From a bacterium (GTDB taxonomy: Bacteria > DUMJ01), in NCBI GenBank assembly GCA_049970495.1, contig JBMFMV010000006.1, forward strand, positions 1 to 50,860: 50,860 bases of DNA. The letters run 5' to 3'. This document shows positions 21,351 to 32,246 of this stretch, in pieces. A model generated the notes under the pieces. That model saw nothing but the letters and a program-made list of their open reading frames with translations. It was not told the origin of the DNA and did not search any database. The translations under genes were made by a program, and so were the position numbers. The stretch's first letter is position 1, and every line of letters begins with the position of its first letter.

Positions 21351-22426
21351 TGAGTACATTAAAATTAGCTAATTACCTCTTTAGGTCTTTTGTTAGAGAT
21401 AAAATTGACCTATTCTGGCTTTTAATTTTTCCTGTCATTCTTCTTATCATTTTGATGTTAATCTTCCCTTCGATCTATGAGCCTAAGAATGTAACGTTTA
21501 GTATAGCATTACTCTCTCAGAAGGGAACATTTTCAGAGATCATAGAAAAGGTCTTTGAAGAACTTAGTAAGGGTGAAAATAAGATATTTCAACTTTTAGT
21601 TCTTCCAAATTCGAAAGAGAATTTAATGAAAGAGATAGAAGGACTTAAGGCAAGAAAGGTTAACCTTGTTGTAGAAATCCCAGAAGATTTTGATACCCAG
21701 ATGCTAAACTGGTTTATGTTAAAAAGCTTTGGTATGACCACCTTTCCTCCTCGTATCAACATATACTCATTAAAATACGACGTAGCTTCAGAATCTACAT
21801 ATCTTACAGTTAAGAATATTTTAGAGAAGTTAGAACTTGAGTTTATCAAAAAGATTGGATACAAAGTGAAAAAGATTGAAAGTGAATCCGAAGTTGTTGG
21901 TACCAGATCCACATTTTCTTATATAGACTTCATCTATCCAGGGATAGTTATATTTGTTATATTTATGACAGGCCTATTTGGTATAGGAATGGACCTGACA
22001 TGGTTAAAAGAGAGAGGGATCCTAAAGAGGATATATGTTACTGCGTTTCCTAAATCAAAATTTATCGCTTCTTACATAATCTCTAAATTCTATCTTATTA
22101 TATTACAGGTGACCCTTATAACTCTGATGGCAAAGTTCTTATACAAGACTACTATTAACCCATTATCCCTTCCATTTATAGGATACACATTACTTACTAT
22201 TCTCTGTCTTTCCTCCCTTGGCTTCTTTTTAGCATCTATCTCTAAATCTACGACTAGTGCTAATGCCATCAGTCAGATACTGAATTTCCCTCTCCAATTT
22301 CTAGGAGGGATATACTTTCCTGTTGTAGGTCTCCCCTGGGCTATAAGATGGATAGTCATTATAAATCCTATTACTTATCTTGCTTCGGGTATAAGAGATG
22401 CCTTAGGTATAATGTTACCCCTATAA
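21350..22426 (+). CDS. ABC-2 type permease, probably lacking its last TM helix
   Basis: LFWLLIFP, YIDFIYPGI, ERGILKR, FLGGIYFP, NPITY; ends abruptly at GIMLPL. Confidence 0.8.
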   Translation: MSTLKLANYLFRSFVRDKIDLFWLLIFPVILLIILMLIFPSIYEPKNVTFSIALLSQKGTFSEIIEKVFEELSKGENKIFQLLVLPNSKENLMKEIEGLKARKVNLVVEIPEDFDTQMLNWFMLKSFGMTTFPPRINIYSLKYDVASESTYLTVKNILEKLELEFIKKIGYKVKKIESESEVVGTRSTFSYIDFIYPGIVIFVIFMTGLFGIGMDLTWLKERGILKRIYVTAFPKSKFIASYIISKFYLIILQVTLITLMAKFLYKTTINPLSLPFIGYTLLTILCLSSLGFFLASISKSTTSANAISQILNFPLQFLGGIYFPVVGLPWAIRWIVIINPITYLASGIRDALGIMLPL

Positions 22427-22893
22427 AAGGGTACCAATTTATCATTGGAATGATTTTTGGTAGATTTATATTTACCTCTTTCTCCGCAACAGTGCTGTTA
22501 ATATTTTCTCAATTAGTATTTAGGATTCAGTTTAATGTAAACTGGCTTTTGTACCTTATTACTGTTAGTACTAGTATCCTAGGAATGATGGCTTTGGGTA
22601 TATTGATAAGTGGCATATTTAATGAACCAAGCGTAGCATCGAACATAGGTTCATTACTTATTACGGTTATGATTTTCTTTTCTGGGGTATATTTCCCCTT
22701 AGATTTTCTGCCTAAATATCTCAGAAAAATTGGTAGCGTACTGCCCCTTGGTTATGTCGCTAAAAGCATAAGGATATCAACTGGAGTGGAGAGCGGGTCA
22801 GTAAACTCTGTTTTGATAACATCATTAATTATGACTATCACATTCCTAGTCTTTGTCTTTATATTTGGCGCTAAGGCATTCAAGACCGAATAG
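22411..22893 (+). pseudogene. C-terminal fragment of a second ABC-2 permease
   Basis: Begins mid-domain at VTPIKGYQF; contains FFSGVYFP..LP and PLGY; no N-terminal half or RBS. Confidence 0.75.
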
Positions 22894-22985
22894 AGAGTAT
22901 CCAGATGACTATGTCCTCAATCACCTCTTGAGATATGTGCTAGGTGCCAAGCTCAAAATCACAGTTCAGATAGAATTTATTATTA

Positions 22986-23570
22986 CTACTTTCTAACCGC
23001 TACACTCCAAGAATCGTACCACTGCATAAAGTCATTGTAGAGCTTACTGTATTCTCTACGCAGGAGATCATAAAGCCTTGCATTCTCTATAGCTATTGCA
23101 GCAGAACTTGCCAAGGCTGTAAGGAATTCGACCTCATTCTTAGTAAAGATATGAGGCTTATCTGTATATACTCTCATAACTCCTATTATCCTATCCTTAA
23201 GCTGTAGAGGCACACAAAGTACAGACTTTATTCCCTCTCTTTTGGCTTCTTCTGGATATTGAAATCTCTTATCAGTTGTAACATCTTTAATTTTGACAAT
23301 ATTACCCTTTAGAACCTCAGCATCAAGAGGACTCTTATCTATCTCTACTGGTCCTTTCTTTATATAATCTTCACTTAGTCCATAGGCTGAGACTATTCTC
23401 AATGTCTTCTTATCCTCGTCTATAAGTCTTATTGAACAGGCTTTTACCCCCATAGTTTTGACTGTATTTTCTGTAATTAATCTTAAGACTTCATTCAAAT
23501 CTAGTGTAGAGGTGATAGTTCTAGTTACTTGATATAGCGTATTATAATATTGAACCTTACCCTTTCTCAT
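22986..23570 (-). CDS. Stand-alone GAF domain protein
   Basis: STLDLNEVL, AYGLS, EGIKSVLCVPL..IIGV, AAIAIENARLY; no output domain; start 23570 chosen by RBS. Confidence 0.85.
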   Translation of the reverse strand: MRKGKVQYYNTLYQVTRTITSTLDLNEVLRLITENTVKTMGVKACSIRLIDEDKKTLRIVSAYGLSEDYIKKGPVEIDKSPLDAEVLKGNIVKIKDVTTDKRFQYPEEAKREGIKSVLCVPLQLKDRIIGVMRVYTDKPHIFTKNEVEFLTALASSAAIAIENARLYDLLRREYSKLYNDFMQWYDSWSVAVRK

Positions 23571-23611
23571 CCATCTCACCCCCTCTCTATAGAAAACTTT
23601 TAAATAATATA

Positions 23612-25507
23612 TCATAGAGTCTGTATCAAATCTACATATATAGTTCCCTGATTTTTTCTCTCTTCTTTTAGCTCTACTAGATATATTTGGAGTAATTCTA
23701 AAGGCAATTCTGGTTTAGTATTTTTGTCACCAGCAAATATTTCTAGATTGGATAAATCTAACTCTAGATATCTCCACCCTTCCCAGTCTATCCCTTTAGT
23801 CGCAGAGGTGAAATTCCCAACCCACAACCTTCCATTGGCATCTCTAAATAGTCCTCTCAACCAGTGCCCACTATTATCACCAAATACATATACTGCGATC
23901 CTTTTACTTTCCTTAGGGATAGGAATGTTAAGATTTATGTATATAAAACTAGGAGACCCTCTAGTTAACGAATAATCTAATCTTAAAGACCTCTTCCCAC
24001 TTATACTTTGAGAGTCTGAAATAGAAACTTTCGTTAGATTAAAATCAAAGCCGCCTCCAGATATAGAGATTAAAGTACTATTCTCAAAATCTTCTAGCAC
24101 TTTAGATAATTTTTGAGATGGGATAATAGTAACTTCTGACTCTGCCATTAAACTATCAAATTTGGCAATTATTTTTCCGCTACTATTAGTATTAGCATAT
24201 AATACCCCGTCACTTGTAATACCTCCATTTACTCCTACTAATTCCCATGTAATCTTTCTAGGATCAATTGGATATGCATTCCCATATATGTCTTGAAGGA
24301 GTAGAGTAAATTTATAATTATCCCCCTCTCTTATAGTTAATCTCTTTGGATGTAGAGATAACAATTTGGGTTCCCCTTCCATGATGGTAGTCTTTATTAT
24401 AATAGCGTTAGCTATTGCTCTTTCTTTCCCATCTGAAGGTATATTCATTATTTTACCGTTAATTATTATCTGACTAGAACCTCCTCCGTCTAGGGTTAGG
24501 GCATCTTTCATACCTATATCTTTTAGGTAATTTGCCATCTCTATATAAGTCATACCGCTGCTTTGGGGACTTCTACCGTCAACTACTAGAAAATAGACTT
24601 TGTTGCTGTTATCTATAGCTATTACTGTGAGGGGGTTTTTACGTTCAGTTATCTCTTCTGGTAAGGGCTGCTCATTGGTTGATCCAAAAACTATGTTTCC
24701 ATCTTTTAATAGTATCGCTCCTCCGCCTATAGCCTGTAATATATCTATAGATGGACTTAGTCTAGTTATTATTTTTACTTCTTCTCCTGGCTTCAAATAA
24801 GGAAGATAAGAGAGGGCTTTTCCACCAAGGGACAAAATGCCTCCCTTGTTGGGTATGGTAGAACTAGTAGCCCCATAGTATATATTTCCAACCCTTGCTG
24901 TTATCGTCCCAGAACTAGGTAAAACTTGGGAAAAATTCAATAACTCTATATCTACACCAGCAAAGGCATTACCTGATATCATAGTATTTCTACCAAACTT
25001 ATCTGTAAATAGTACCGCTTCATTACCTCCCCTTGGGACATTTAGATTATTTATAGGGATAACCCCATATTGTGTCTCTATGTTAATGTTAAGGCTAAAA
25101 ATAGAAATAACTGGTCTTCTATCTCTAGTTATAGCAAATACACCCCTAGGTATTGGGGACTTAATGAGCTCTCCATTTCTCACCATAAAATTTATTATCA
25201 TACCGCTATTTGGATCGAAGAAGTCTCCATTTATAGCTAGAGTGGCGTTGTTTCTCTTGGCTATAGAACTTAGAACTTCTCTCTGCATAAGAGTATCTTT
25301 AGCAAGAGAAGTTTCTACCTGTATAAATGGACTTGTAAGGTCTAGCTCTACAGTATGTATAATTAAGGAGGGAGATTCTGTTTTGGATATGCTATAGTTT
25401 AAGCCTGGAGCTATAAAGAGCTGGTCGAATAAGGTTTGAGCACAGAGATTAGGAAGTAAAGACGATATCAAAAAAACTGTTATTGCTCCTGTTATAAAAG
25501 ACTTCAT
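23612..25507 (-). CDS. Secreted phosphodiester glycosidase (NAGPA/DUF2233) family protein with C-terminal beta-sandwich domains
   Basis: Signal peptide, AINGDFF, VVDGR..S.G, ALTLDGGGSS, N.PSDG.ER motifs. Confidence 0.82.
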   Translation of the reverse strand: MKSFITGAITVFLISSLLPNLCAQTLFDQLFIAPGLNYSISKTESPSLIIHTVELDLTSPFIQVETSLAKDTLMQREVLSSIAKRNNATLAINGDFFDPNSGMIINFMVRNGELIKSPIPRGVFAITRDRRPVISIFSLNINIETQYGVIPINNLNVPRGGNEAVLFTDKFGRNTMISGNAFAGVDIELLNFSQVLPSSGTITARVGNIYYGATSSTIPNKGGILSLGGKALSYLPYLKPGEEVKIITRLSPSIDILQAIGGGAILLKDGNIVFGSTNEQPLPEEITERKNPLTVIAIDNSNKVYFLVVDGRSPQSSGMTYIEMANYLKDIGMKDALTLDGGGSSQIIINGKIMNIPSDGKERAIANAIIIKTTIMEGEPKLLSLHPKRLTIREGDNYKFTLLLQDIYGNAYPIDPRKITWELVGVNGGITSDGVLYANTNSSGKIIAKFDSLMAESEVTIIPSQKLSKVLEDFENSTLISISGGGFDFNLTKVSISDSQSISGKRSLRLDYSLTRGSPSFIYINLNIPIPKESKRIAVYVFGDNSGHWLRGLFRDANGRLWVGNFTSATKGIDWEGWRYLELDLSNLEIFAGDKNTKPELPLELLQIYLVELKEERKNQGTIYVDLIQTL

Positions 25508-25513
25508 TATGTT

Positions 25514-26755
25514 CTAGACTATACCAATTTCTTTATAGAATAGAGGATAAGCCTCGCATAGACTTTTAACTCTACCCTTTAAGGTATCTTTATCTTCCTC
25601 CTTCTTTAGACACTTAGCTATTATGTCTCCTATCTCTTTCATCTCATTTTCTTTCATCCCTCTAGTTGTTACTGCAGGGGTTCCAATCCTAATCCCACTT
25701 GTGATTGTCGGTGGTTGTGGATCAAATGGTATAGCGTTCTTGTTTACAGTAATTCCTATTTCTTCTAATAATCTTTCTGCCTCTTTCCCTGTTAAGCCAA
25801 AAGGTCTTACATCTACTAACATAAGGTGATTGTCAGTTCCGCCTGAGACAAGTCTAAGTCCATTTTCTAATAAAGTCTCTGCCAGTGCTTTAGCATTTTT
25901 CACTATCTGATTTTGATAAGCCTTAAACTCAGGGGTCATTGCCTCCTTCAATGCTACTGCTTTTGCCGCTATAACATGCATAAGCGGACCTCCCTGAGTT
26001 CCTGGGAATATAGCCTTGTCTATGGCTTTAGCATACTCTGATTTACAAAGTATGAGTCCACTCCTTGGTCCTCTTAAAGTTTTATGTGTAGTGGTTGTTA
26101 CAAACTCTGCCCATGGGACAGGGCTAGGATGAATCTCAGCAGCTACAAGTCCTGCTATATGTGCCATATCAACCATTAGTAGAGCTCCAACTTCTTTGGC
26201 TACCTGTGAAAATTTTTCAAAGTCTATAACTCTAGGATAGGCACTAGCTCCTGCTACTATAAGTTTTGGTTTAGTCTCTTTGGCTATCTCTCTAACCTGG
26301 TCATAATCTATAGTTTCCGTCTTCGGGTTTACACCATATGAGACAAAATTAAAATATTTTCCAGATATATTAACAGGGCTTCCATGAGTTAGATGTCCTC
26401 CGTGGGATAGATTCATCCCTAATACTGTATCTCCCGGATTTAAAACAGCAAAATAGACCGCCATATTAGCCTGTGAACCAGAATGGGGTTGAACATTAGC
26501 ATGTTCAGCCTTAAATAGAGCCTTTGCCCTATCTATAGCTAACTGTTCTACAACATCAACCCATTGACACCCTCCATAATATCTCCTCTTAGGATAGCCT
26601 TCAGCATACTTATTAGTGAGCAAAGAGCCTTGAGCCTCTAATACTGCAAGACTGGTAAAATTTTCACTAGCAATTAGCTCTAGCGTTGTCTCTTCTCTTA
26701 TTCTTTCGCCTTTTATGGCATCATATATCTCTGGATCAACCACTTCTAGATACAT
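25514..26755 (-). CDS. glyA: Serine hydroxymethyltransferase
   Basis: [30 protein letters not shown]. Confidence 0.98.
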   Translation of the reverse strand: MYLEVVDPEIYDAIKGERIREETTLELIASENFTSLAVLEAQGSLLTNKYAEGYPKRRYYGGCQWVDVVEQLAIDRAKALFKAEHANVQPHSGSQANMAVYFAVLNPGDTVLGMNLSHGGHLTHGSPVNISGKYFNFVSYGVNPKTETIDYDQVREIAKETKPKLIVAGASAYPRVIDFEKFSQVAKEVGALLMVDMAHIAGLVAAEIHPSPVPWAEFVTTTTHKTLRGPRSGLILCKSEYAKAIDKAIFPGTQGGPLMHVIAAKAVALKEAMTPEFKAYQNQIVKNAKALAETLLENGLRLVSGGTDNHLMLVDVRPFGLTGKEAERLLEEIGITVNKNAIPFDPQPPTITSGIRIGTPAVTTRGMKENEMKEIGDIIAKCLKKEEDKDTLKGRVKSLCEAYPLFYKEIGIV

Positions 26756-27195
26756 TATAATCCCTCCATTTTTCCTATTTTTTCTACTCTTCTCTCGTGT
26801 CTTCCTCCTAAAAAGGAGGTTTCCAGAAATACCCTAACAGCTTCTTTGGCAACCTCACTCCCAATAATTCTTGCCCCTAAAGTGAGTATATTGGCATTAT
26901 TATGCTCTCTAGCAAGCCTTACTGAAAGGAGCTCATTGCCAACTGCTGCCCTTATACCTTTAATCTTATTTGCCGCTATACTCATACCTATTCCAGTTCC
27001 ACATATAAGAATCCCTCTATCTACTTCACCCCTTATTACACTTAGAGCAACCTCTTTAGCTATATCTGGATAATCTACAGACTCTTCCGAATAACATCCG
27101 AAATCTTTTACCTCTATATTCAAAGATGCTATATAAGCTTTTAACTCTTCTTTTAGCTTAAAGCCTGCATGGTCACTCCCAATAGCTACTCTCAT
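26755..27195 (-). CDS. rpiB: Ribose-5-phosphate isomerase B
   Basis: [32 protein letters not shown]. Confidence 0.96.
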   Translation of the reverse strand: MRVAIGSDHAGFKLKEELKAYIASLNIEVKDFGCYSEESVDYPDIAKEVALSVIRGEVDRGILICGTGIGMSIAANKIKGIRAAVGNELLSVRLAREHNNANILTLGARIIGSEVAKEAVRVFLETSFLGGRHERRVEKIGKMEGL

Positions 27196-27830
27196 ATTCC
27201 CTCCGATATCTTTCTAATGTTTAATTCGTTTATTATACTCTCTAAAAGTTTTTTATCTACCGGCCCTTCCCTAATAATTTCTATATTACCATTTAAAATA
27301 CTCACCACCGTAGAAGGTTTACCAAAAGTGACGGGTCCCCAGTCTAATATGGCATCAATCTTGTCTCCTATCATCCTTATTACATCTTCTGCTGTCTTAG
27401 GTTCTTCACCTCCAGATATGTTTGCACTAGTAGCTACCACTGGTACCTTAGCTAATCTTAATAGTTTTTGACAGATAGATAGGGAAGGAAACCTTATTCC
27501 AAGCGTATCTTTCTTTCCAATCCATTCTGGTGTATCTTTTTTCTTTTTAGCTATTATATTTATTGGTCCCGGGAAAAACTGGAGAAACAATCTCTTAGTG
27601 AGCTCATCGAACTCGACTATATCCTCTAACCCCTCTAAGGTACCAATATGTAGACTTAACGGTTTTACTTCTGATCTTCCTTTTACCTCGTAAATCCTAT
27701 AGACACTTTCTTTTATAAATGCATTAGTCCCTAAACCATAAACTGTTTCGGTAGGAAAAGCTACCAATTTCCCCTCTCTTAAAAATTTGGCAAGAATATC
27801 TATCTCTTTTTCATCTCTAATTATAATCAT
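27192..27830 (-). CDS. tsaC: L-threonylcarbamoyladenylate synthase (TsaC/YrdC type)
   Basis: AFPTETVYGL, KGR..KPL, TSANISG, STV. Confidence 0.93.
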   Translation of the reverse strand: MIIIRDEKEIDILAKFLREGKLVAFPTETVYGLGTNAFIKESVYRIYEVKGRSEVKPLSLHIGTLEGLEDIVEFDELTKRLFLQFFPGPINIIAKKKKDTPEWIGKKDTLGIRFPSLSICQKLLRLAKVPVVATSANISGGEEPKTAEDVIRMIGDKIDAILDWGPVTFGKPSTVVSILNGNIEIIREGPVDKKLLESIINELNIRKISEGI

Positions 27831-27832
27831 AT

Positions 27833-28666
27833 CTACCCTTTTCTACCCCATATAACTCTAGGTATACCTGCTAAGTCCTCTTTTACATTTATTTTATTGA
27901 TATTGTAACCTACAAAAATTTCTTTTACCTTATCTACCTGCTCATTTCCCCCTATCTCAATGGCGAATAATCCACCTTCTATTAGATTCTTAGATATGAT
28001 CTTAGCTATTTCGGGATAGAAGCTTAAGCCATCTTCTCCACCCAAAAGTGCTTCTTTTGGTTCACTCTTTACCTCTAGATCTAGGGATTCCCATATAGAG
28101 TTAGGTAGATAGGGGGGATTTGCAACTATTAGGTCGAAGTTTTCTCTTAATGAAAGACTTCTAATATCTGCTTTTATGAGTCTATATCTATCTGAGACCT
28201 TTAGTCTTCTGGCATTTATTAGGGCAATATCTATACTCTTAGAAGATATATCTATCCCCAAGAATTCTGTACAAACTCCATAGTAGAGAATAGAAAGCCC
28301 TATAATACCACTTCCACAGAAAAGGTCTAAGCCTTTTGTAAATCTCCCTTCTTTTAATACCAACTCTACTATAGTTTCAGTCTCTGGCCTTGGTATTAAT
28401 ACCCCTTCTTCTATATAAAAGTTGATACCAAAGAATTCTCTTTCTTTTTTTAGATACGCGTATGGAATACCAGAAAGTCTTCTATCAAGAAGGTCTTTTA
28501 TTCTCCTTAATTCCTCCTCCGAGAGTTCTAGGTCCTGATGAGATAATATGTACTCTTTAGATCTGCCTAAGGCTAAAGAGAGAATAAGAAGAACCTCCAG
28601 TTGACTGTTAGAGATCTTATCTTTGAATAACCTAATAACTTCTTTATAGACATCTCCTAGCTTCAT
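27833..28666 (-). CDS. prmC: Release factor glutamine methyltransferase
   Basis: [19 protein letters not shown]; follows prfA. Confidence 0.94.
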   Translation of the reverse strand: MKLGDVYKEVIRLFKDKISNSQLEVLLILSLALGRSKEYILSHQDLELSEEELRRIKDLLDRRLSGIPYAYLKKEREFFGINFYIEEGVLIPRPETETIVELVLKEGRFTKGLDLFCGSGIIGLSILYYGVCTEFLGIDISSKSIDIALINARRLKVSDRYRLIKADIRSLSLRENFDLIVANPPYLPNSIWESLDLEVKSEPKEALLGGEDGLSFYPEIAKIISKNLIEGGLFAIEIGGNEQVDKVKEIFVGYNINKINVKEDLAGIPRVIWGRKG

Positions 28667-29730
28667 TTAGTAAGTGATAAATTCTTTAGTTGTTCTACCT
28701 GATATTCTCTTATAAGGGCATCTATGAGTTCGTCTAGGTCTCCATCTAATACATCCTGTAAGTTGTAAAGGGTTAGTCCTATTCTATGATCAGTAACTCT
28801 ATTCTGTGGAAAGTTATACGTCCTTATCTTTTCACTACGTTCACCTGAACCTACTTGACTTCTCCTAAGTTCAGTCTCTTCCCTTTCTCTTTCTCTCTCT
28901 TTTATCTCTAAAAGATGAGCTCTCAATATCTTTAAAGCTTTTTCTTTATTTTGATATTGAGACCTTTCATCCTGGCATGTAACTACTATCCCTGTTGGGA
29001 TATGTGTTACTCTTACCGCAGTCTCAACCTTGTTGACATTTTGCCCACCATGTCCTCCAGCTCTAAAGGTATCTATCTTTATATCTTCTGGCTTTATTTC
29101 TATTTCTACCTCAGTTGCTTCGGGTAGTATAGCTACAGTAGCAGTAGAGGTATGTATTCTGCCTCCAGACTCTGTAATGGGGACTCTTTGAACCCTATGA
29201 ACCCCACTTTCAAACTTTAATCTGCTGTAGGCTCCCCTTCCTTGAATAGAAACAATAACCTCTTTATATCCTCCTAGGTCTGTCGGGTTGCTACTCATTA
29301 TTTCTGCTTTCCATCCCTTACGCTCTACATACCTAAGATACATCCTTAGAAGATCCCCTGCAAAAAGGGCAGCTTCCTCTCCACCTGTTCCTGCCCTTAT
29401 CTCCATAATAACGTTTCTTTCATCTCGATAGTCTTTAGGCAGTAGTTTAATCTTGAGCTCCTCTTCTAATTTTTCCTTCTTTTCCTCTAGCTTTTCCAAC
29501 TCTTCTTCTGCCATAGGACCTAGATCTGGGTCATCTAGAAGAGACCTTAGGTCATTTATCTCTTTCTCTATCCGCTTATATTCTCTATAGACGCCGACAA
29601 TCTCTCCAAGTTCACCATAGGTTTTTGCCAATTCTTGGAATAATTCTTGGTTTGCTATTACTTCTGGCTTAGCTAGAGATAATTCTAACTCTATATATTT
29701 TTTTTCTATCTCTTCCAACTTATCCCACAT
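28663..29730 (-). CDS. prfA: Peptide chain release factor 1
   Basis: [21 protein letters not shown] (PxT), [17 protein letters not shown]. Confidence 0.97.
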   Translation of the reverse strand: MWDKLEEIEKKYIELELSLAKPEVIANQELFQELAKTYGELGEIVGVYREYKRIEKEINDLRSLLDDPDLGPMAEEELEKLEEKKEKLEEELKIKLLPKDYRDERNVIMEIRAGTGGEEAALFAGDLLRMYLRYVERKGWKAEIMSSNPTDLGGYKEVIVSIQGRGAYSRLKFESGVHRVQRVPITESGGRIHTSTATVAILPEATEVEIEIKPEDIKIDTFRAGGHGGQNVNKVETAVRVTHIPTGIVVTCQDERSQYQNKEKALKILRAHLLEIKEREREREETELRRSQVGSGERSEKIRTYNFPQNRVTDHRIGLTLYNLQDVLDGDLDELIDALIREYQVEQLKNLSLTK

Positions 29731-30586
29731 CTGACACACCCTCTAAACTTAAGATTGATTTCACCGCCTCAATAGCTACCTCAATCTGGTCAGGAGAAGG
29801 CTCTCTTGTAGTAAGATATTGAAGAGCCAACCCCGGAGAAGTTACAAGTTGTATTATTTTTGAATTCCTATATTTAGAGGTCAATCTTATCATTTCATAG
29901 GATATCCCTGCTACTATAGGGATAAGTGCTATCCTAGAGACTATTCTTAGGAGTAAAGTCTGTTTTCCAAGAAGAGAGAACACTAAGATACTTACAACCA
30001 TTACTATTAATAAGAAGCTTGTTCCACATCTAGGATGTAATCTGCTATTTTTTATAGCATTATCTACCGTAAGAGGTTCTCCTTTTTCGTATGTAAAGAT
30101 TACCTTATGCTCAGCCCCATGATATTCAAAGACTCTTCTAATATCTTTTATAAAAGAGAATGAATATAGGTAGATAAGAAAAACTCCAATCCTAACTAAG
30201 CCTTCTAATATATTGACTAAAAAAGCTGATGAAATAACATTCTGAAATATCCTTGCTATAAATGCAGGGAATACAATAAAGAGCAATATGCCTAGCCCTA
30301 TTCCCATAGCCATAGCAAAAAAGATATCTCTGTTAGAGAGCTTTACATCTTCTCCACCGTATTCTTCTGCAGATATATTAAGTGCCTTTATACCTAGAAC
30401 TAGACTATCTATTAAAACTATAAATCCCCTTAAAATAGGAATCTTACCTACTCTGCTATTTACTATACTCTTAGTGTTAAACTTATGAACCTTTACCCCA
30501 TTAGACTGAGTCCTTACTGCGACACTAAAACTATTGGGACCTCTCATCATTACCCCTTCAATTACTGCTTGGCCTCCAATCTGCAC
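29720..30586 (-). CDS. DUF1385 membrane protein
   Basis: [32 protein letters not shown]. Confidence 0.92.
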   Translation of the reverse strand: MQIGGQAVIEGVMMRGPNSFSVAVRTQSNGVKVHKFNTKSIVNSRVGKIPILRGFIVLIDSLVLGIKALNISAEEYGGEDVKLSNRDIFFAMAMGIGLGILLFIVFPAFIARIFQNVISSAFLVNILEGLVRIGVFLIYLYSFSFIKDIRRVFEYHGAEHKVIFTYEKGEPLTVDNAIKNSRLHPRCGTSFLLIVMVVSILVFSLLGKQTLLLRIVSRIALIPIVAGISYEMIRLTSKYRNSKIIQLVTSPGLALQYLTTREPSPDQIEVAIEAVKSILSLEGVSDVG

Positions 30587-30587
30587 T

Positions 30588-31157
30588 TTACTTCCTCCTT
30601 CTTACTATGTGGTGCTCTCTGCATCTAGCTTCATATACGTCTTCTGCTCCTATAAGTATAGTAGGATCATCGTAATATGCAGGTTCTCCATTTATTAGTC
30701 TCTGGGTCCTGCTAGCAGGATTGCCGCAGACCATACATATCGCTTGTAGCTTATCTACTTTTTCTGCAACTGCTAATAGTTTTGGCATTGGGCCAAAAGG
30801 CTCTCCCCTAAAATCTTGATCTAATCCTGCAACAATTACTCTCCTTCCGTTATCTGCTAACATTTGACACACATCTACTATCTCATCATCAAAGAATTGA
30901 GCTTCGTCTATTGCTACTATTTGAGTATCCGGTAATAAAAGTTCAATTATCTCTCTTGCCCTTTCTACAGTATAAGCAGAGACCTTATTGCCATCATGAG
31001 AAACTACCTCTCTATTTGCATATCTAGTATCTAAAGCAGGCTTAAATACTTGCACCTTCTGACGAGCTATCTCAGCTCTTCTTACCCTCCTTATAAGTTC
31101 CTCGCTTTTTCCACTAAACATGCTTCCACATATTACTTCTATCCATCCTGTACTCAT
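30588..31157 (-). CDS. tdk: Thymidine kinase
   Basis: [30 protein letters not shown], zinc cysteines, YEARCR. Confidence 0.97.
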   Translation of the reverse strand: MSTGWIEVICGSMFSGKSEELIRRVRRAEIARQKVQVFKPALDTRYANREVVSHDGNKVSAYTVERAREIIELLLPDTQIVAIDEAQFFDDEIVDVCQMLADNGRRVIVAGLDQDFRGEPFGPMPKLLAVAEKVDKLQAICMVCGNPASRTQRLINGEPAYYDDPTILIGAEDVYEARCREHHIVRRRK

Positions 31158-31232
31158 AAATCTATTATATCATAACTGATGATGAGATTACTCTCCTTAC
31201 TGGTGGTTTATAAATTTTGAGCTATAGTGGGT

Positions 31233-31426
31233 TGTATATAATTTAGTATTTAAAACACCTATCTATTACTCTTGTGGATAAATTTATTATTTTTCTACCA
31301 CTAAAATATCTTGTGGAAAATTAAAAAATTTTATCCCACTTAAAAATCAAAAGGACAATTCTATACAGAATTATACTGGATTAGTCAAGTCCCAGAGGTG
31401 TAATAAAAAGGGGAACTTTATCCACC
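31233..31426. promoter_or_regulatory. DnaA-box cluster between divergent tdk and punA
   Basis: TGTGGATAA 31273-31281 (perfect box on minus strand), TGTGGAAAA 31312-31320, TGTATATAA 31233-31241, TTATCCACC 31418-31426, weaker TTATCCCAC 31331-31339. Confidence 0.65.
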
Positions 31427-31454
31427 TGTTATAATTAAAGATAGGAGGAAATTT

Positions 31455-32246
31455 ATGGACAGGATAAAAGAGACTATAGAATTTCTTACCAAGAGGTACA
31501 GTTTCAAACAGAGAGTTGGTATTATCTTAGGCTCTGGTCTTGAGATATTTGATCAGCATATTCTGTTTACCATAGATTATAGAGAGATCCCTAATATGCC
31601 TCTAGCAACGGTGCCCGGACATAAGGGAAGACTCGACGTAGTCAAGATTGAGGATTGTGAAGTAGTTGTTATGAGAGGTAGATATCATCTCTATGAAGGA
31701 TATTCGCCTAAAGAGGTGGTCTTTCCTATAGAGATACTTGGATATCTAGGAGTAAACACTTTAATTTTGACAAATGCTAGTGGAGGTATAAATGAAGCCT
31801 ATAACCCTGGAGATATAATGCTTATAAAGGACCACATAAATCTTACTGGAGAAAATCCTCTTATCGGAGGACCAAACTTTGTTGACATGAAAAATGCATA
31901 CTCTTATAGGCTGAGAAGACAATTGAAGGAGATTGGAGAAGAGATTGGGATAGATTTAAAAGAAGGCGTTTATATCGGAGTGAAAGGACCAACATATGAG
32001 ACCCTAGCAGAGATAAAGTTTTTCAGGACTATAGGGGGGGATGCGGTAGGGATGTCGACAGTATTAGAGGTTATAAAAGCTAGGAGTTTAGGAATGGATG
32101 TAGTTGGTCTATCTTGTATAACAAATGTGTATAAAGATGACCTTTCCCCTGTGACTCATGAAGAGGTTCTAAGGGTAGGGAGCAAGATAAGTAAAAATTT
32201 AGAACGCTTATTAAGAGAATGGATAAAAAGAGGGATGTCAGTATGA
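31455..32246 (+). CDS. punA: Purine nucleoside phosphorylase (trimeric, XapA/PunA type)
   Basis: ILGSGL, VPGHKG, GRYHLYEG, TNASGG, GPTYET.AE, VGMST. Confidence 0.93.
   Translation: MDRIKETIEFLTKRYSFKQRVGIILGSGLEIFDQHILFTIDYREIPNMPLATVPGHKGRLDVVKIEDCEVVVMRGRYHLYEGYSPKEVVFPIEILGYLGVNTLILTNASGGINEAYNPGDIMLIKDHINLTGENPLIGGPNFVDMKNAYSYRLRRQLKEIGEEIGIDLKEGVYIGVKGPTYETLAEIKFFRTIGGDAVGMSTVLEVIKARSLGMDVVGLSCITNVYKDDLSPVTHEEVLRVGSKISKNLERLLREWIKRGMSV

Noticed and set aside
22894..22985. Possible gene relic or terminator between the ABC permease and the GAF gene
   Set aside because: Short open frames have no credible start or recognisable motif, and there is no convincing stem with a U-tract.
31271..31348. 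39-bp tandem unit as a CRISPR mini-array
   Set aside because: The units abut without unique spacers and lack CRISPR-like ends; DnaA boxes explain them better.
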